Of a DNA stretch of 64,000 bases, positions 40,526 through 54,785 are shown piece by piece. Under the pieces are notes generated by a model. It made no database searches and was not told where the DNA came from. It saw only the letters and a list, made by a program, of their open reading frames with translations. Position numbers and translations under genes: made by a program. Positions within the stretch are counted from its first letter, which is position 1, and each line of letters opens with the position of its first letter. Source of the stretch: Trichoplax adhaerens (lineage: Eukaryota; Animalia; Placozoa); NCBI RefSeq assembly GCF_000150275.1, contig NW_002060943.1:1540832-1604831 (forward strand), given 5' to 3'.

Positions 40526-41320
40526 TGAGGGAGTGGTCAGAGTAGTAGTGTCCAATCAACAGTACAGTGGTAGGGCATCAGACAGAGAAACGCGAGACCG
40601 ATTGCAAGTGATTGCAAGTGTCTCCTCTCAGTGTCAACAAATGACCGTCGGCCAGAGTGTACAGTGTACAGTACCAAATACCCAAGACTACAGTACTTTT
40701 TCCTCCTTCGACTGGAAACGGCACTCTGCCAATGGATGCTGTGAATCGCTGATGCGTCAACTACTGACGTCATTGCTTCTCCTCCCCCCTCCATCGCAAA
40801 CATGCCTTGGTAGTTGGTACTATACAGTGTAGACGCATGCCGTCCAACTCAGCGAAGCATCGTCAGGCAGTCACGTCCCGGGTAGACAGTGCGCACTGGA
40901 GTGAAAAAGAAAAGCTGCAGAAATGGCTGTCTTGACGTAAAACTATACTGTACTGTATTGATGGACTACTCCATCCAATCTTCGACTCTCTCTCTTCATA
41001 GCCATGTACATTGTGCGATGACCGTGAATGCAGAGGTTGGAACGGCCGCTGGATACAACTTGAGCGGTAGTATTCTACAGTACTGTGGAAAACCAACTGC
41101 ACATGCGCACGCCTTACTCCAGGACTGGACTGGCCAGTCTACAGTACCTCTCAAGATGGCTTGGTACTGTAGGGCGGACATGGACTGTAGGCATGGGACA
41201 AAAGCCGACCTGCGCCCTTTAGCATTTGCAAGTTTTTCGCTCGTGCCGTAGTACTGACTGGATTGGCTCGCCATCATCGTTCTTTCGCCATTTTTTCCAC
41301 CTCAATTATTTTCCTTCATC

Positions 41321-44057
41321 ATGAGTTGGCAAACTTATATTGACTCTAACTTGCTGGGTACCGGTAAAGTGACAGAAGCTGCTATTTGTGGCTTAGATGG
41401 AAACTTATGGGCATACAGCAAAGGCTTTCAGGTAATGTTCAGTGAACTCATCCTCATGTACCCCTAAAAAAGAACTTTCCATGTGGCCTTGATCAAGAGG
41501 CCTTCAAAAAAATCTCACTACAGCCTAATTTCCTCACCAGTCATGTTGCTTTCATTCTTGACCAATGTTAAAAATGCTTGCAATAGGCCAAAAAAAGAAT
41601 TTTATCCATACAGTCATGGTACACCTCTTGCGATACGAACTGGATGACGGAGGAAGAAACCTGTTTTCGATCATTCTCCTCTGGCGCTTTTTTCCAATCC
41701 TGGACTTGCTTTGCAGTCCAACATTTTCACATATCTCGTCCGTCATCCAATGCGTTAAGCTTCTTCAAAATCATTCAAATAGACAGGCTACTGTAGTGGC
41801 TCAATCTTGCTTTAAATAATCATGGGCAATATGGATCGATCGTTAGTATGGAATCATGACAACTCAGCTATCCAATAGATACACGTTTTCTTCTTTTCAA
41901 CTTTTAATTTCTTCCTAAGAATCAGTTTTGAAATACTCTATACTGTACTGTACTAGACGAAGACACGGTTGAACAGGGCCCAACCCTGTTCAACCTTCAA
42001 ACTCTCTCATGCCTGTCATGTCTTTCTCTTGCTTGAAATAGCTCAAATCCAACCGATGACAGTCTACAAGTACAATTGTACCCATCCATCATGGTTATCG
42101 TTGATTTCAACAATCAACGACAGTTTTTCTCCTTGACTAGAAAATACAAATCAGGTATGATTCAAATAGGCAATCTTAGTTGTCGTCGCTGCAAGGATTA
42201 CTTCACGTGATGCCACGCTAGTAGTAGTACTATAAATGGCCACTTGAAATGGGCTAGGGCTACAGACGAATTGGATTGAAAGCTAATTTCCTTCGCTCCA
42301 TCCAATTTTCAATAGACTTCGCACAGAATGGACAATATTGCTCAAGCAAGATAAAAAATCTCCATGGAATGTCGTAGTTACCTTGAAATAGAGTTAATGA
42401 CCATACTGACAAACAATTCAAAACTCGGATCGTCGTCATTGACTGATGAAGAAAGCTCGAGATAGAGATCGAAGAAGAGTAAAAGTAAAAACGTCCACAA
42501 TGTGCATTCATTCTTATGAAATCCACGATCGATAATCCTTTATGACCACTAATGCATATTGATCGCCATGAGAATAGAATGACTACAATCTATTTTCTTA
42601 CAGAAATTGTGATAAAATAATGATAACATCAACTACGGTCATGGCACGGAATGGGGTACGCTGATTGATCGTAGCAAAGTACGCTCTTGACGATCGAAAA
42701 CAACCCCTTGCAAGGATCTTAGAGAATCATACTTTATTGTTCATTTCTCGCTTAATCTCATCAACAGAACGCTTTTTTAGCCCCTTACAAACGGTATGCA
42801 ATCTTGTAGAATTCGATTGCAATGGACGTGCGGACAAATAGCATCGTGTCTAGAGATGACATTTTCTTACATGATTCGTTCGCATCGATCGTATATTTGA
42901 ATTTCTGCCCTACAAGACTTGGCTTTCATGAGTGCCTACCGCATTGATGCCTGAAATTAATTCACTTTAGTCAAACTGGGATTGATCTATTAACAACTTA
43001 AACATACTACGGTGGAGAAGTGCAAGCGAAGAATTGATATTGTACCGTATTGTTGTATTCAGACAGAAACCTTTTAGCCTAACGTTTTAATCGATCGTAT
43101 GTATTCATTTACCAAGGTGGAAATCGAATGCAGGATAAAGTACAGAGAAAAATCCCTTTCTTTCTGAGTCAATATATACGATACTGCAGTTTCCATGCCC
43201 TATGCGCATGGTTTGCTATCCATTTCCTCTTTTATCGAGAAGCAAAACTATTAACAAATGATGGCACGCCATACTCTTCAAATGTTTTTGTTATGGAAAC
43301 GTGTTAAAAAAATTGAAAGTAGAGTCAATTTAGTGGATTTTAATTGCATTAATAATTCGTCATTCTTTGTTTTATTCTTGCAGTCGTACATTAAATTCAT
43401 TCGTTGTAATGATAGTCATTGTCAAGGAAGCTGCTCCAAAGTTGCGTAATTGCTCAATGTGAAATAAAAAGGGACTGCAAGTTAACTACGTAATACTGCA
43501 TTGGATTCATGATTATCGATGAATTGAATGTAGCTACTACAATATACTCACTGTTGATCCGTGATTGCAAAAGGTTGCCTACAGTCCTACTTGGGTAGAA
43601 CTTTATCTATACCATTCAAATCACTAATTACAGTATAAAAAGAGGAAATAACGACTATACTAAAAAATGGGATTACAATAATTGTACTTGATCCAACTCT
43701 TGAATTTCTTGTTCATGATTATACAATCGTCAAAAATCGATATTCTAATGAAATGATATTATGCTATTATTATATCTTTAGCCTACTCCAGCAGAAGCAA
43801 CAGCCATCATTAAGGGCATCCAAAGTGATAGCTCGGTATTAGCCGCAAGTGGAATTAAAGTTAATGGTACCAAGTACATGTTTCTACAAGCAATAAAAGA
43901 TGAATTCGCTTACGGCAAAAAAGGCAATGACGGAGTTTGTTGCATCAAGACAGGCCAATGTTTGATTATTGGCACCTATGAAAATGGTATTCAACCTGGA
44001 GAGTGTTCTGTAGCTGTTGGAAAAGTGGCCGATTACTTGAGGAATAGTGGTTATTAA
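41321..44057 (+). CDS. Profilin (canonical copy), 128 aa; exons 41321-41431 and 43782-44057
   Basis: MSWQTYIDSNLLGTGKVTEAAICGLDGNLWAYSKGFQ|PTPAEA...SGIKVNGTKYMFL...YGKKGNDGVCCIKTGQCLIIGTYENGIQPGECSVAVGKVADYLRNSGY*. Not in the ORF track. Confidence 0.97.
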
Positions 44058-47000
44058 TAAGTTGAACGATTAGGATATCTTGAGAACAGTTTGTGTTAAC
44101 TACAGTATTAATTACTTTGATAATTATCGTACCGTAATGTACTACCGTCATGCTGCTATTTACGTAAAATGCCGAGTTAACGTAGTGCTGTACTTTCGAT
44201 TGTAACCTTATTAGGCATAAATAACCTAAATTAATAATTTTTACAGCAACCCAATTTTGGTATCTTGTCCGATGGACTTCATGATTTAGTGCAGGATAGT
44301 GTGTGTAATGGGCAGGCCTACGTTCAAAATAGAGATTTAGCAAAAATAATCATTTAGGCGGAATAAATATTTCAAATGGTTTTGTTTTGTCGTATAGATT
44401 TGATTCAGCTTAATTGGTCATATTTTGCTGTTATGTGTTCTTTCTTCCTACTCTTTACGATAGCAATCATAATTCTTTCCTTTGATAAAATCAGTTATTT
44501 GGATCAATGGGTTTTATATCATAACTAAAGCTAGATAAGTTGATGCCTACTTTCATAAATCCTTGCTAAACCTACTTCAAACTTGACGTGGTTAGTTGTT
44601 TGTTGGTGTAATGATGAATAAATCTTGTGGATTATCGTAATAGCTTTGAAAGAAGATTTTTATTGTCATCAATGGCTAGAATGATTGATGCTTTGCAAAT
44701 TACTCGACAATAGTACAACCGATTGGTAGTATTGCTTGGGGTCAATATGAATGAATTAATTAAACCACTGCTGCTATCTTACATTCTTCACTATTTAGCA
44801 CTGTAGTTGCATGTCTACAAATTAACTCTCAGCCAACTGATCCAAGAGTGATCAATACTGTCGCATGTACCTGATAATAATACTCCTTGAATTCAGCATG
44901 GATCGCTATAAAATTAAGCTACATAATAAATTGAAGGGAAAGAATGATTTGTTCGTACAACGGGAATGGTATAGCTAGTCCAAGATTCTTTAAAGCGAGA
45001 ATTTAACCCAACATTAATAGTTATAAATTGCAAGTGATTCCATTTATATACTGTAATTGTAAAAGTTGGATGCGACGATACTACTCATGATCGAATTGGC
45101 ACTATTTACTCTTTGCTGTAAAATCGATTGCTTACCATCCATTCTAAACCATCATGGCTAATCTAGCGATCCATAATATGAAGTACAGTAGGCAGTCAGT
45201 CGTGTAGAAAACAAATTGATCATTATGGCTTGATGTGGATTGCAATAGGAGAAAAAAAAATCGACCCGTATAAGCAGGGGACTTTCGGCGTCTTTTCACG
45301 ACCGCTGATCTACAGCAATATCATTAGGTCCAATGTTAAATATACATACTCTAAATGCTTGTCTACGCGTACAGTATATATGGATGCTCGTATCTACTGC
45401 ATTAATTCATAAATTGCTTCTTGGCATGGTCATTCATATTAAAATTTTATTTGCTGTATTACAATCCTTGTATCATAAATATCAAGTTATACTCGTCGCC
45501 GAGCAATCTTGCTTAATCTGCTTTTATATTCATTCGGGTGGTGCCACTTTAATTCACCTTTATCCAATGGTCCAAGACAGTCCAATTTTTCCAATTGACC
45601 TATCGTATAATTAATTATCAGCACTATCAGTGGCTCAATACTACACAGGAAGCACAAATCAATATAGCATAATCACCAATTGCTAAACTCTGTAGAAGAG
45701 AATGGCCAGTATTGTTTTAAATTCAATTCAAATAATAAAGCAACACTACTTGTGATACTGTATTCAAGACAATTTGAAAAAATGGAGGTCAAAAATAATA
45801 ATTAGAAATAAATACCATATTTAATCATGATACAAGCGCCAAGATCTGACCATTGAATTCATCTAGAAAACTCTATCCAGTCACAATTCATTACCAATGC
45901 AAACTTATTTCTACCCTTTTGTCACTAGCAAAATCAGTTAATTCAATTAGATAGATATCCATGGCGTATGCTATCCGACACTTAAACCGAAAATAGACGC
46001 GACTATTCCTTTGTAAGTTAGCCAATTTGGAATATCAATAGCGCTTCAAAGGTGATTTTATTTGCTAATTCATTTCCTATCCAATGATACGATAAAGCAT
46101 CTCGTTGGTTTTATGCGGATAATCCAACTTGCTGTGGAAGCAATTGATTTTAGGTAGGTGTAACAGCGGAATAGAAATATATGTAGTGAAAATACATGAT
46201 TAAAATCTATTCTGCTGTGCATATGGGATTCTTATGCACTACTGTAGTTATGACATATTCATTTATGTTGATATAGAATTCAAACGGAGTTAGTATAGAT
46301 TAATGTAGGCTTACAGAGAATGCATCGAAGATGTGTGTTTTCAACGTCTAGCTGTGAATTAGATAGTACTTTGATGCTTAACTAGTTTAATCATGTCGTG
46401 CCCATACATAACATATACAGTAGTTTCTTTCGTTTCATTTAGTAGATGCATCTGTCATACACCACCAGTGGCAAAGTAGTCTCCACACGCCAATGCTTAT
46501 GAAGAACGATTCTTACTAACTTAAAGAGGTGAAAATTCGCTATAGCAGCAAAATAATTCAGTTCCAACGACCCAATACCATAGTATAATTATAGCGTCTG
46601 TGATAGTGTAGACGAGGTAGTCAGAGATTGACTACTATTGATTCCTGAAGAAATATTGACAACCAAGATTATAGCCTTGACAATTCAATAGCAATTGACA
46701 AACTAGTAGACTAACTAACTAAAAAGATGGTCTTCAGGCACTAGCCTTTGATCGTCTCGTCAGAAACTGCTGGTGTACATAAAGTAAAACTATCCTTCTA
46801 AATAACAGTGCATCATCATATTAATCAAAGGTTAAACAGATTATATGAAGAAATGACAACGTCAATTCACACAAACAGTTTTTAATATTACTCAATAATT
46901 AAAACGAGCTTACGCATGGTAACTGCATCGAACGATGAAATTCTTCTCTACCGTCAATGATAGGATCAAGTTGACTTCAACGCAAGAAATACAGTATATC

Positions 47001-47208
47001 CAGTTTATGCTACTAATGCGTAAGATACCATCCTAAGCGGCCTTTCAACTACCATCTGCAGGATAATCTGAATTTACATTACAACACCAAACGCTTAGCT
47101 CTGTCTGTAATCATTAGAAAGCATCATTTTCTTTTAAAGTAATCAGGCCAATCTCCCTGTTAAGAATTAAAGCCAACTTTTATCCTTTTTGGCGCTAGAT
47201 TAAGTATA

Positions 47209-48332
47209 TCTTTATCAATATTCAAGTACCTTATATAAAGGATTCGAAATTGGAAAATCTTGGCTCGATATCGATGGTAAGATTTTTGAATTCAAATCCG
47301 CCTGATTTGAAGAAGAGATTTATTTCAATAATGATTGCCTTATAACCATTACTTAGCAAAATCTTATCAGTATTCAAGTACCTTATAACCTCGTATAGAG
47401 GATTCAAAATTGGAAAACCTGGGCTCGATATCGATGGTAAGATTTTACTTCATTCAAATCCGCCGGATTTGGAGAAGAGATTTATTTCAATGATTGCCTT
47501 ATAACCATTACTTAGCAAAATCTTTACCAATATTCAAGTACCTTATAACTTCGTATAGAGGATTCGAAATTGGAAAACCTTGGTTCGATATCGATGGTAA
47601 GATTTTTGAATTCAAATTTTCCGGATTTGAAGAAGAGATTTATTTTAATAACGATGGCCTTATAACCATTACTTAGCAAAATCTTTACCAATATTCAAGT
47701 ACCTTATAACTTCATATAAAGGATTCGAAATTGGAAAACCTTGGTTCGATATCGATGGTAAGATTTTTGAATTCAAATTTTCCGGATTTGAAGAAGAGAT
47801 TTATTTTAATAACGATGGCCTTATAACCATTACTTAGCAAAATCTTTACCAATATTCAAGTACCTTATAACTTCACATAAAGGATTCGAAATTGGAAAAC
47901 CTTGGCTCGATATCGATGGTAAGATTTTTGAATTCAAATTTTCTGGATTTGAAGAAGAGATTTATTTTAATAACGATGGCCTTATAACCATTACTTAGCA
48001 AAATCTTTATCAATATTCAAGTACCGTATAACCTCGTATAAAGGATTCGAAATTGGAAAACCTTGGCTCGATATCGATGGTAAGATTTTACTTCTTCAAA
48101 TTCTCCGGATTTGAAGAAGAGATTTATTTTAATAACGATGGCCTTATAACCATTACTTAGCAAAATCTTTATCAATATTCAAGTACCGTATAACCTCGTA
48201 TAAAGGATTCGAAATTGGAAAACCTTGGCTCGATATCGATGGTAAGATTTTACTTCTTCAAATTCTCCGGATTTGAAGAAGAGATTTATTTCAATAATGA
48301 TTGCCTTATAATATGCACCATTCCTTAGCAAA
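47209..48332. repeat. 161-bp tandem array, ~7 copies, between the two profilins
   Basis: tcttta.caatattcaagtacc recurs at 47521, 47682, 47843, 48004 and 48166; the two left copies are more diverged. Confidence 0.96.
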
Positions 48333-51300
48333 ATTATGTCATTTGGCACATAGAAATTCTCTACAATATGCCACCACAAAAGGTAAAAGAGGCCGTAGGC
48401 ATACATTCAACAACAGCTGGAGATTTAATCGCAAAAATGCAATAAGTAAATCTTACAGTATTCCTTCGTCCAAACCTACCTTTTGCAACATCTTCATTTT
48501 CATGATACTGTAATATGTTGATAAGCTTCTTTGTTGGTCTATGGATAACGTATGAGACACATTTGACTTCCTAGCACTGTTATAGTTATCGAAGATCACT
48601 ATTAATTATTCGATTACTGCATAGAATTGTACCGGATAATACGTCGTTAACTCTGGTAAGTTCTACATTCTCGTCGATTTGATAGATGTATGATTCGATA
48701 CTCGTATATACAATTATTGTACAATGTTCATGTTCATAAGGACTCACGAGTTGTCCTCTTCTTTTCATTATTACGCTCTTCGTGGATTCTCAATAAAATC
48801 CTGTTATCCCCTAACATCAACATGCTTGTGTCCTCGTTGATGATGTAGGCTTTTTATAAACAAACCCTTAATATCACAGATACCACAAGCACTCTTTAAC
48901 GATTCCAATACCAATCACATTTCATAGCCATTATCCTTTATAAGAACTGCCAATTCATCCTAAATTAATATCGACTACAAGTATTAGAATTTAATGGCCA
49001 ACCATCTGAGTCCGGCAAATCAATACGAGTGGTATGCGCGTATACTCGTACAATTTAGAGCAAGACCAAGACTATGTCAGCTAATTATAATTTCTTATGA
49101 CGAATGAGCTATATGGTATTACAAGCGATAATCATTGGCAATAAAGGGATAAAATGCATTTCTTTTTGACGTGTGGCAACCAAATTTTATGTCTAAGTCC
49201 TTTTCCGTATATAGGATACAGTATTCCTAATGATTCAACACGTTATGAGATAAACTATCATTGAAAACTAGTGTAACTCCACCTACAGTAAATCCAGTCG
49301 ACACGTTGCAGACAAATTGTACTGCCATTTTTGGCGCTTGGCTTTTCCATGGCTTTATCAACCTTATTTACTCTACTTACTAGCTAAACATCCTGTTGCT
49401 TCGCTGACATAGATATCACAGTTCATCGAAAATGACAACATCAGCAGTGTTGTAGAACAGTTATGAAATTTTATTGAGTGTACAAGTGTACTATAATGAC
49501 CAATATTTATTGGCCATCTCATGGCCTCAGGCTTTTACTGTAGGTTCGCTTAAGGTAAAATCTTCATATGAGTGGTGTGTGCAACAATGGCAAGCGGTAA
49601 TTTGCCGTTTTCATCTCATTTATTAGTTGAGTTATTAACTCTTTTAAATTGTTTTATTACAATATACGTTTACCACAAATTTCTCTCAATACTGTAATAA
49701 AAGCCACTCGGCGTGTCTATTTTCTCTTTAGATATAGAAAAAGGGAAAAATTAGGACTTCAACGAATGTAAAAATAAAATACTTTATAACAAACATTTAG
49801 GCATCTATATAAGAATAGTTAAGGCATACAACAATCATTTCTGTATATTTTGCCATCTAAAAATCGGAAGAATTAGTAAACATGCCGTACACTATCGTAC
49901 AGTAGGATATACTGATTTATGCAGTATACATTACAAAGACAGAGACTACATATTCACTAGCAAGCTACTCATTCTTTACGGAGCTTATTTTTTACTCTAT
50001 GTCAATGTTGAAAATCGACTGTATCCATCTAGCTTCACATTTATATGAGCTAACTTTGTTATGATAGCGAAATCTACGAAAAAAGTCGGTAGTACGCTGA
50101 CTGAAATGTAAAAATACTACTGCACTTTTAGAAAAGCAAAGCTAACAATCATGGACTACTCAATGCACCTAGTAGTCCATGCAACAACATTCGATTAAGC
50201 TAAGCTCTCAGCATTTTCAAGCAATATGCACGCTATCGTACGGCCACATATTGGTAAACCTTACAAAAAAACATTTCACTTTAAATTTCCCTTGCCGCTT
50301 TTAATGCAATAACAATCATAGAGATATGCCGCGGACTACTTCCTGACAAATTTACTAGTCTAACGTTAAGCACTTCCATTGACTTGCTACGAATTACTAC
50401 CCTAATTTATCGTAAGATCTAGTAAGAATATAATAGTGCTACGCCTAATGGCTATCCTTCTAAAAGGATCACGATCGGTAGACACATTGCACTATAGCCT
50501 ACAAAACAGCTTTAGACTATAACCCTGAAACAGGCTTGGGCTTCTAGAAATATACACAAGTAGTTCAACGTAATTCTAGAAGCCCATGGTAGAAAACTGT
50601 ATACTATACACTCCTAAAGTAAGATTACGCTTTATGCAGAATTTAAAACAGAATGATCGATCTCAACTGATTTAACTTCTGCCAATTCTGTGATCGGTAA
50701 GTGAAATTTCGTAACGCACAATCAGCTCAGAACGTAACACACGCCTATCTCAATGGAGATTCATTATACTCTTATAGCCTATAATTATCCGATAAATTGT
50801 AAAGAAGGTATGTTTACAAATAACCGATAAATTGATATACAAGATTTATTGCTGTAAACATGAAGACCATATTGCATGGTAATGATGTCGGGTGAGATCT
50901 TGTAGTTTATTGTCAATGCTAAATTAGAGCAAAAGAAATCGCATGCATGTGGTCTGCTGCAATAGTTTGGAAATGATAGTGTGATTAATTAGGTTACCTT
51001 AAGAAAATTAGACAGAGAAAGGTTTGTTACTATTTAACCGACCTTATTGCTCGTATTCAATATGTTGTTGATCCGATTTAATTGAACTTGGATCAATACG
51101 TACTTTAAATTTATTTTTAAAAGTTAAATGTGGCTTAATTTATTATCTAATTATGCTACTAGATCCAATTTTGGTTAGTTCAAATTTTAACTTTTTGACA
51201 CCATTTCCAACTCAAATCTCGCCTTTGGTTATGTTTACTGGATTCACCTATCCAGAATGTAGCCAATAATTAATTACACTAACCGTATTTTAAATAATGG

Positions 51301-52450
51301 CTTTTGTCAGATCGAATCATATTTGCGTACCTAGATATGTTATTTATTATCCATTAATTAATTAGTTAATTCCCTATAGAATTCAGCTGTATCGTGGAAA
51401 TTAACGGCCCCAATGTTAAATAAATTACTGTACACTATTATACTGTACATTCTAAAGCCTTCTGTTATTATTACAACTACAATAATAAAATGACTGTAAA
51501 AGAATCTTAATGTACTGTACTGTCTCTAGCGAAATTTCTATCACTTTGTCAATTATTTTGATGTTGCTCAATTCTTAGTCTGTATTATTAAGTATAATAG
51601 CGATAAAAAGTTTTCGGAGTCAACTGAGTAGAAAATAGACGCGATTTACAAAGTTGAAAGTCTGATGAAAGTTTTCAACAATTTTTTAAGCAGTAAATTC
51701 TCTCATTTCTCCGCATGAGCTACAATCTGAATTAAAATCAACAATCTTCAACATTAAAATTTTTTTACTTGCTTTAAATAAGAACTAAAAGTAATATAAA
51801 ATAAATAGACCCGATCAGTTGCTCAATCAAACGATGATTACTCATCTGAAATGGTTCAAATAGAGCTTGTTTTCATATAAGCAACTTCACACAACAACTT
51901 AAAAAATAGTGTTGGAATGATCTAATTAACTTGTAAAAGCATCAAGTTTTACCGTAAAACCGGTATTTAAACTAGTTTACAAAAATACATTTGCCTTCTA
52001 AGTAAAATTAGCATGTAAACACCTGTAGTAAAAACTCTCTCGTAAGTTCCAATTGCAATTTTAAATTAGACATAAATTATTATGCAATGTCCGTACTTTC
52101 GCTAGAATTATATAGCCAAGATAATACAGTATAATTCACGGATAGTATTAGGGACTTCTTTTACATTTCGCTCTACATCTATATCTGATTTTGAAATGAG
52201 CAAACATTATTGATAAATCCTGTCTACGGCCATGAGAAAAATACCTTGACTTAAGGTATGGATTTATCTCAAGCCTAAATTGATTTAATTTAAAATCCTT
52301 AATTTAAGCTTGATTTTAATTCAATCATGTTAATATTGCAAGCTAATCATGTTATCGTGTCGTATGGTAGCAATTAAATTGAATAGATAGAACCATTTTA
52401 GACGACGCAAGATTGTAGGCCCAGACATAGCCATCTCATACTGTTTTTAA

Positions 52451-52502
52451 CCTGAGGCGTGCCTCAGGCATGCCTTAAAGGTATGGGAAGTATGGGTATA
52501 AA
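52451..52502 (+). promoter_or_regulatory. Profilin 2 proximal promoter: palindromic double AP-2-like site and TATA box
   Basis: CCTGAGGCgtGCCTCAGGC (GCCNNNGGC consensus) at 52451-52469, TATAAA at 52497, ATG at 52602. Confidence 0.5.
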
Positions 52503-52601
52503 TTCATCGGATTTCTTGTAGCACAAATATATTCACTTGTAGTACTTGTGAAAACAACATCAATATTTCTCGACCATTTAGACCTCACCCTTTTTCTAAC
52601 T

Positions 52602-54785
52602 ATGAGTTGGGACGGATTTATCACTAAAATAGTAGCTTCTGGCAAGGTAGCCCAAGCTGCCATCTACGGAAGAGATGGATGCATTTGGGCTTTAAGTCCC
52701 GGCTTTCAGGTAATGTATAAATGACTAGTCTTAATTTTTGATTTTAGCTCTCATATAGAAAATCATTCTTTTTATGCCTTTCATTGATCTTTTAATTATT
52801 GCATTCTATTCTCTGATGGTTTGCTCTTGCAATAAGTAAATAGCACCCCAAATTTAGCGCAAGCTAAATCTACTGCAAAAATGATTAGATTTAAAAATAG
52901 ACAAAGCAGTTTCCTGATCTCCTTGCTAGCAATAAACACTGTAATAATTATATCGATTTTCTGATACATAATAGAATGGCGTTTAATCTTTAGAGTATTC
53001 AAGGTAAGACTTGAAAATTTCGTTTATAAATTCTACCCCCTGAGCAGAAAATAGGATCCTTTCTGTATTATGCCATCAAATACCTGTTGCATCCTATACT
53101 CCGATGCATGCTTTTGCAGCTAATGCTATCACTCCAAGTAGTCAAGGTGAAAATAGATCTAAAAGAGGGCTAAATTAAAAAATCAGTAAGTTTTCTTACT
53201 TGCTTACCGGCCGTAGCGTGTTAATTAAGATTGTACTATTACTAACATACTGTATTCTTAAATACAGGCATTTAAGTTCTTAAATAGAGATATTTTCACA
53301 ATCTGTACTATACTGTATGCAAACGTATAGAAGTTTATCGTGCTTAGCTATGAATTTATAACACCCACAATCTTCGCTATATCATAGACTGTTATGATTT
53401 GGAACTTATCGAATTCCACAAACTTATTCTCTGTGAGTGTTCTGTTCTAAAGCTAACAAAATTACCGATTTCTGCCTCAGATTTTGTTTAATTGCAATAG
53501 TCGCAGCATTGGTATTTCTCACATTACTTTACAATAGCTTAGTAAGCACATACTCCTCCACAGTAACTACCACATTTGAACTCGAATGATAATAATCCAC
53601 TATAAAGTATCCATTTTTTGTACTAAAACTTTGGTATAATTCTTTGAATGGCAACCAAATCCACTATTGCCTACTTATCGGCTCCCTCCACCTCTATTAC
53701 ACTACCGCTGAATACTACAAGGATAGTATAACATTATGTATCATGATACCTGATACCAAATAAACTTGTGTTCATATTCTATGGTCTAATGGACTAAATA
53801 TCTGATATAATCAAGGTAAAACTTGAAAGTTTTGCTATACCGTCATGGTCTTGTCTTGTTTGAAAATTTGATGCGATATTTCTTACTCAACATTTTTTTG
53901 AACACAACAGCTCGCCGTATTTCCGTACGAGAATTGCAATACGAATTACTTTACATAGATATCAAATATCGTTATATTTTTTGTCTATCGTTTGATCAGA
54001 CACTCAAATCGATACAAGTAATGATAGAAGTTACGCTAAAACTTGTAGCTCAATCTAAAGTTCTATGTTATGAGTTATATTGCACTCGTTATAAAAAATT
54101 TCAAATTCAGAATCTTACGCTTAATGAAGCGAAAATTTGAACTTAAAGTTATACGACATCCATATAATACGGAATGTTAAGGTTGAAATTATCCATTTAT
54201 TCAGTAAAATGAGTTATATCAATATCTATTGTGGTTAATGAAATAATTGATACCAGTAATTGCTATCGTACTCTTATGAGTAATAAAGCTACTAATTGGC
54301 ACTTACCGATGATGTCAAGAGAGTATATTCAACCTTAAATACAATTTCGTATAGGCGATCCTAAATGACTAATTGAAATAAAGAGAAGAATCCTACTATA
54401 GCCAAGTTGCAATTGCAATTTTATTCGATATTTCAATCCTTGTTTCTTATTTTGCTTTTACGAATAATAAATTCTAATCGAATCGTTTCCATTTATTGCA
54501 CTTTAGCTTTCTGGTGACGAAGTAAAAGTGATACTTGACTACAAGAAAAATATCAGTTCTTTAAAAACCGATGGATTTACTGTTAATGGTGTCAAATACA
54601 CATTATTAACTGTGGCTCAGGATCAGTGTATGCTTATTGGTACTGCACAGCAAGGTGGTGGAGTTTATATCTCTTTTACAAAACAAGCGTTTGTTTTGGG
54701 TACTTACACCCATAGTATGCAGCCTGGACCGTGTGAGACTGTCATTAGTGAAACAGCCGAAGAGTTGATTAAACTGGGTTATTAA
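52602..54785 (+). CDS. Profilin, divergent paralog, 128 aa; exons 52602-52709 and 54507-54785
   Basis: MSWDGFITKIVASGKVAQAAIYGRDGCIWALSPGFQ|LSGDEVK...DGFTVNGVKY...GTYTHSMQPGPC...LIKLGY*; same phase-0 intron after GFQ as copy 1. Confidence 0.93.

Noticed and set aside
40533-41277. Cluster of six overlapping ORFs
   Set aside because: GC-richer profilin 1 promoter; chance ORFs.
47209-48332. CRISPR-like interpretation of the regular array
   Set aside because: Whole units are repeated with no unique spacers, no cas genes, and the context is eukaryotic.
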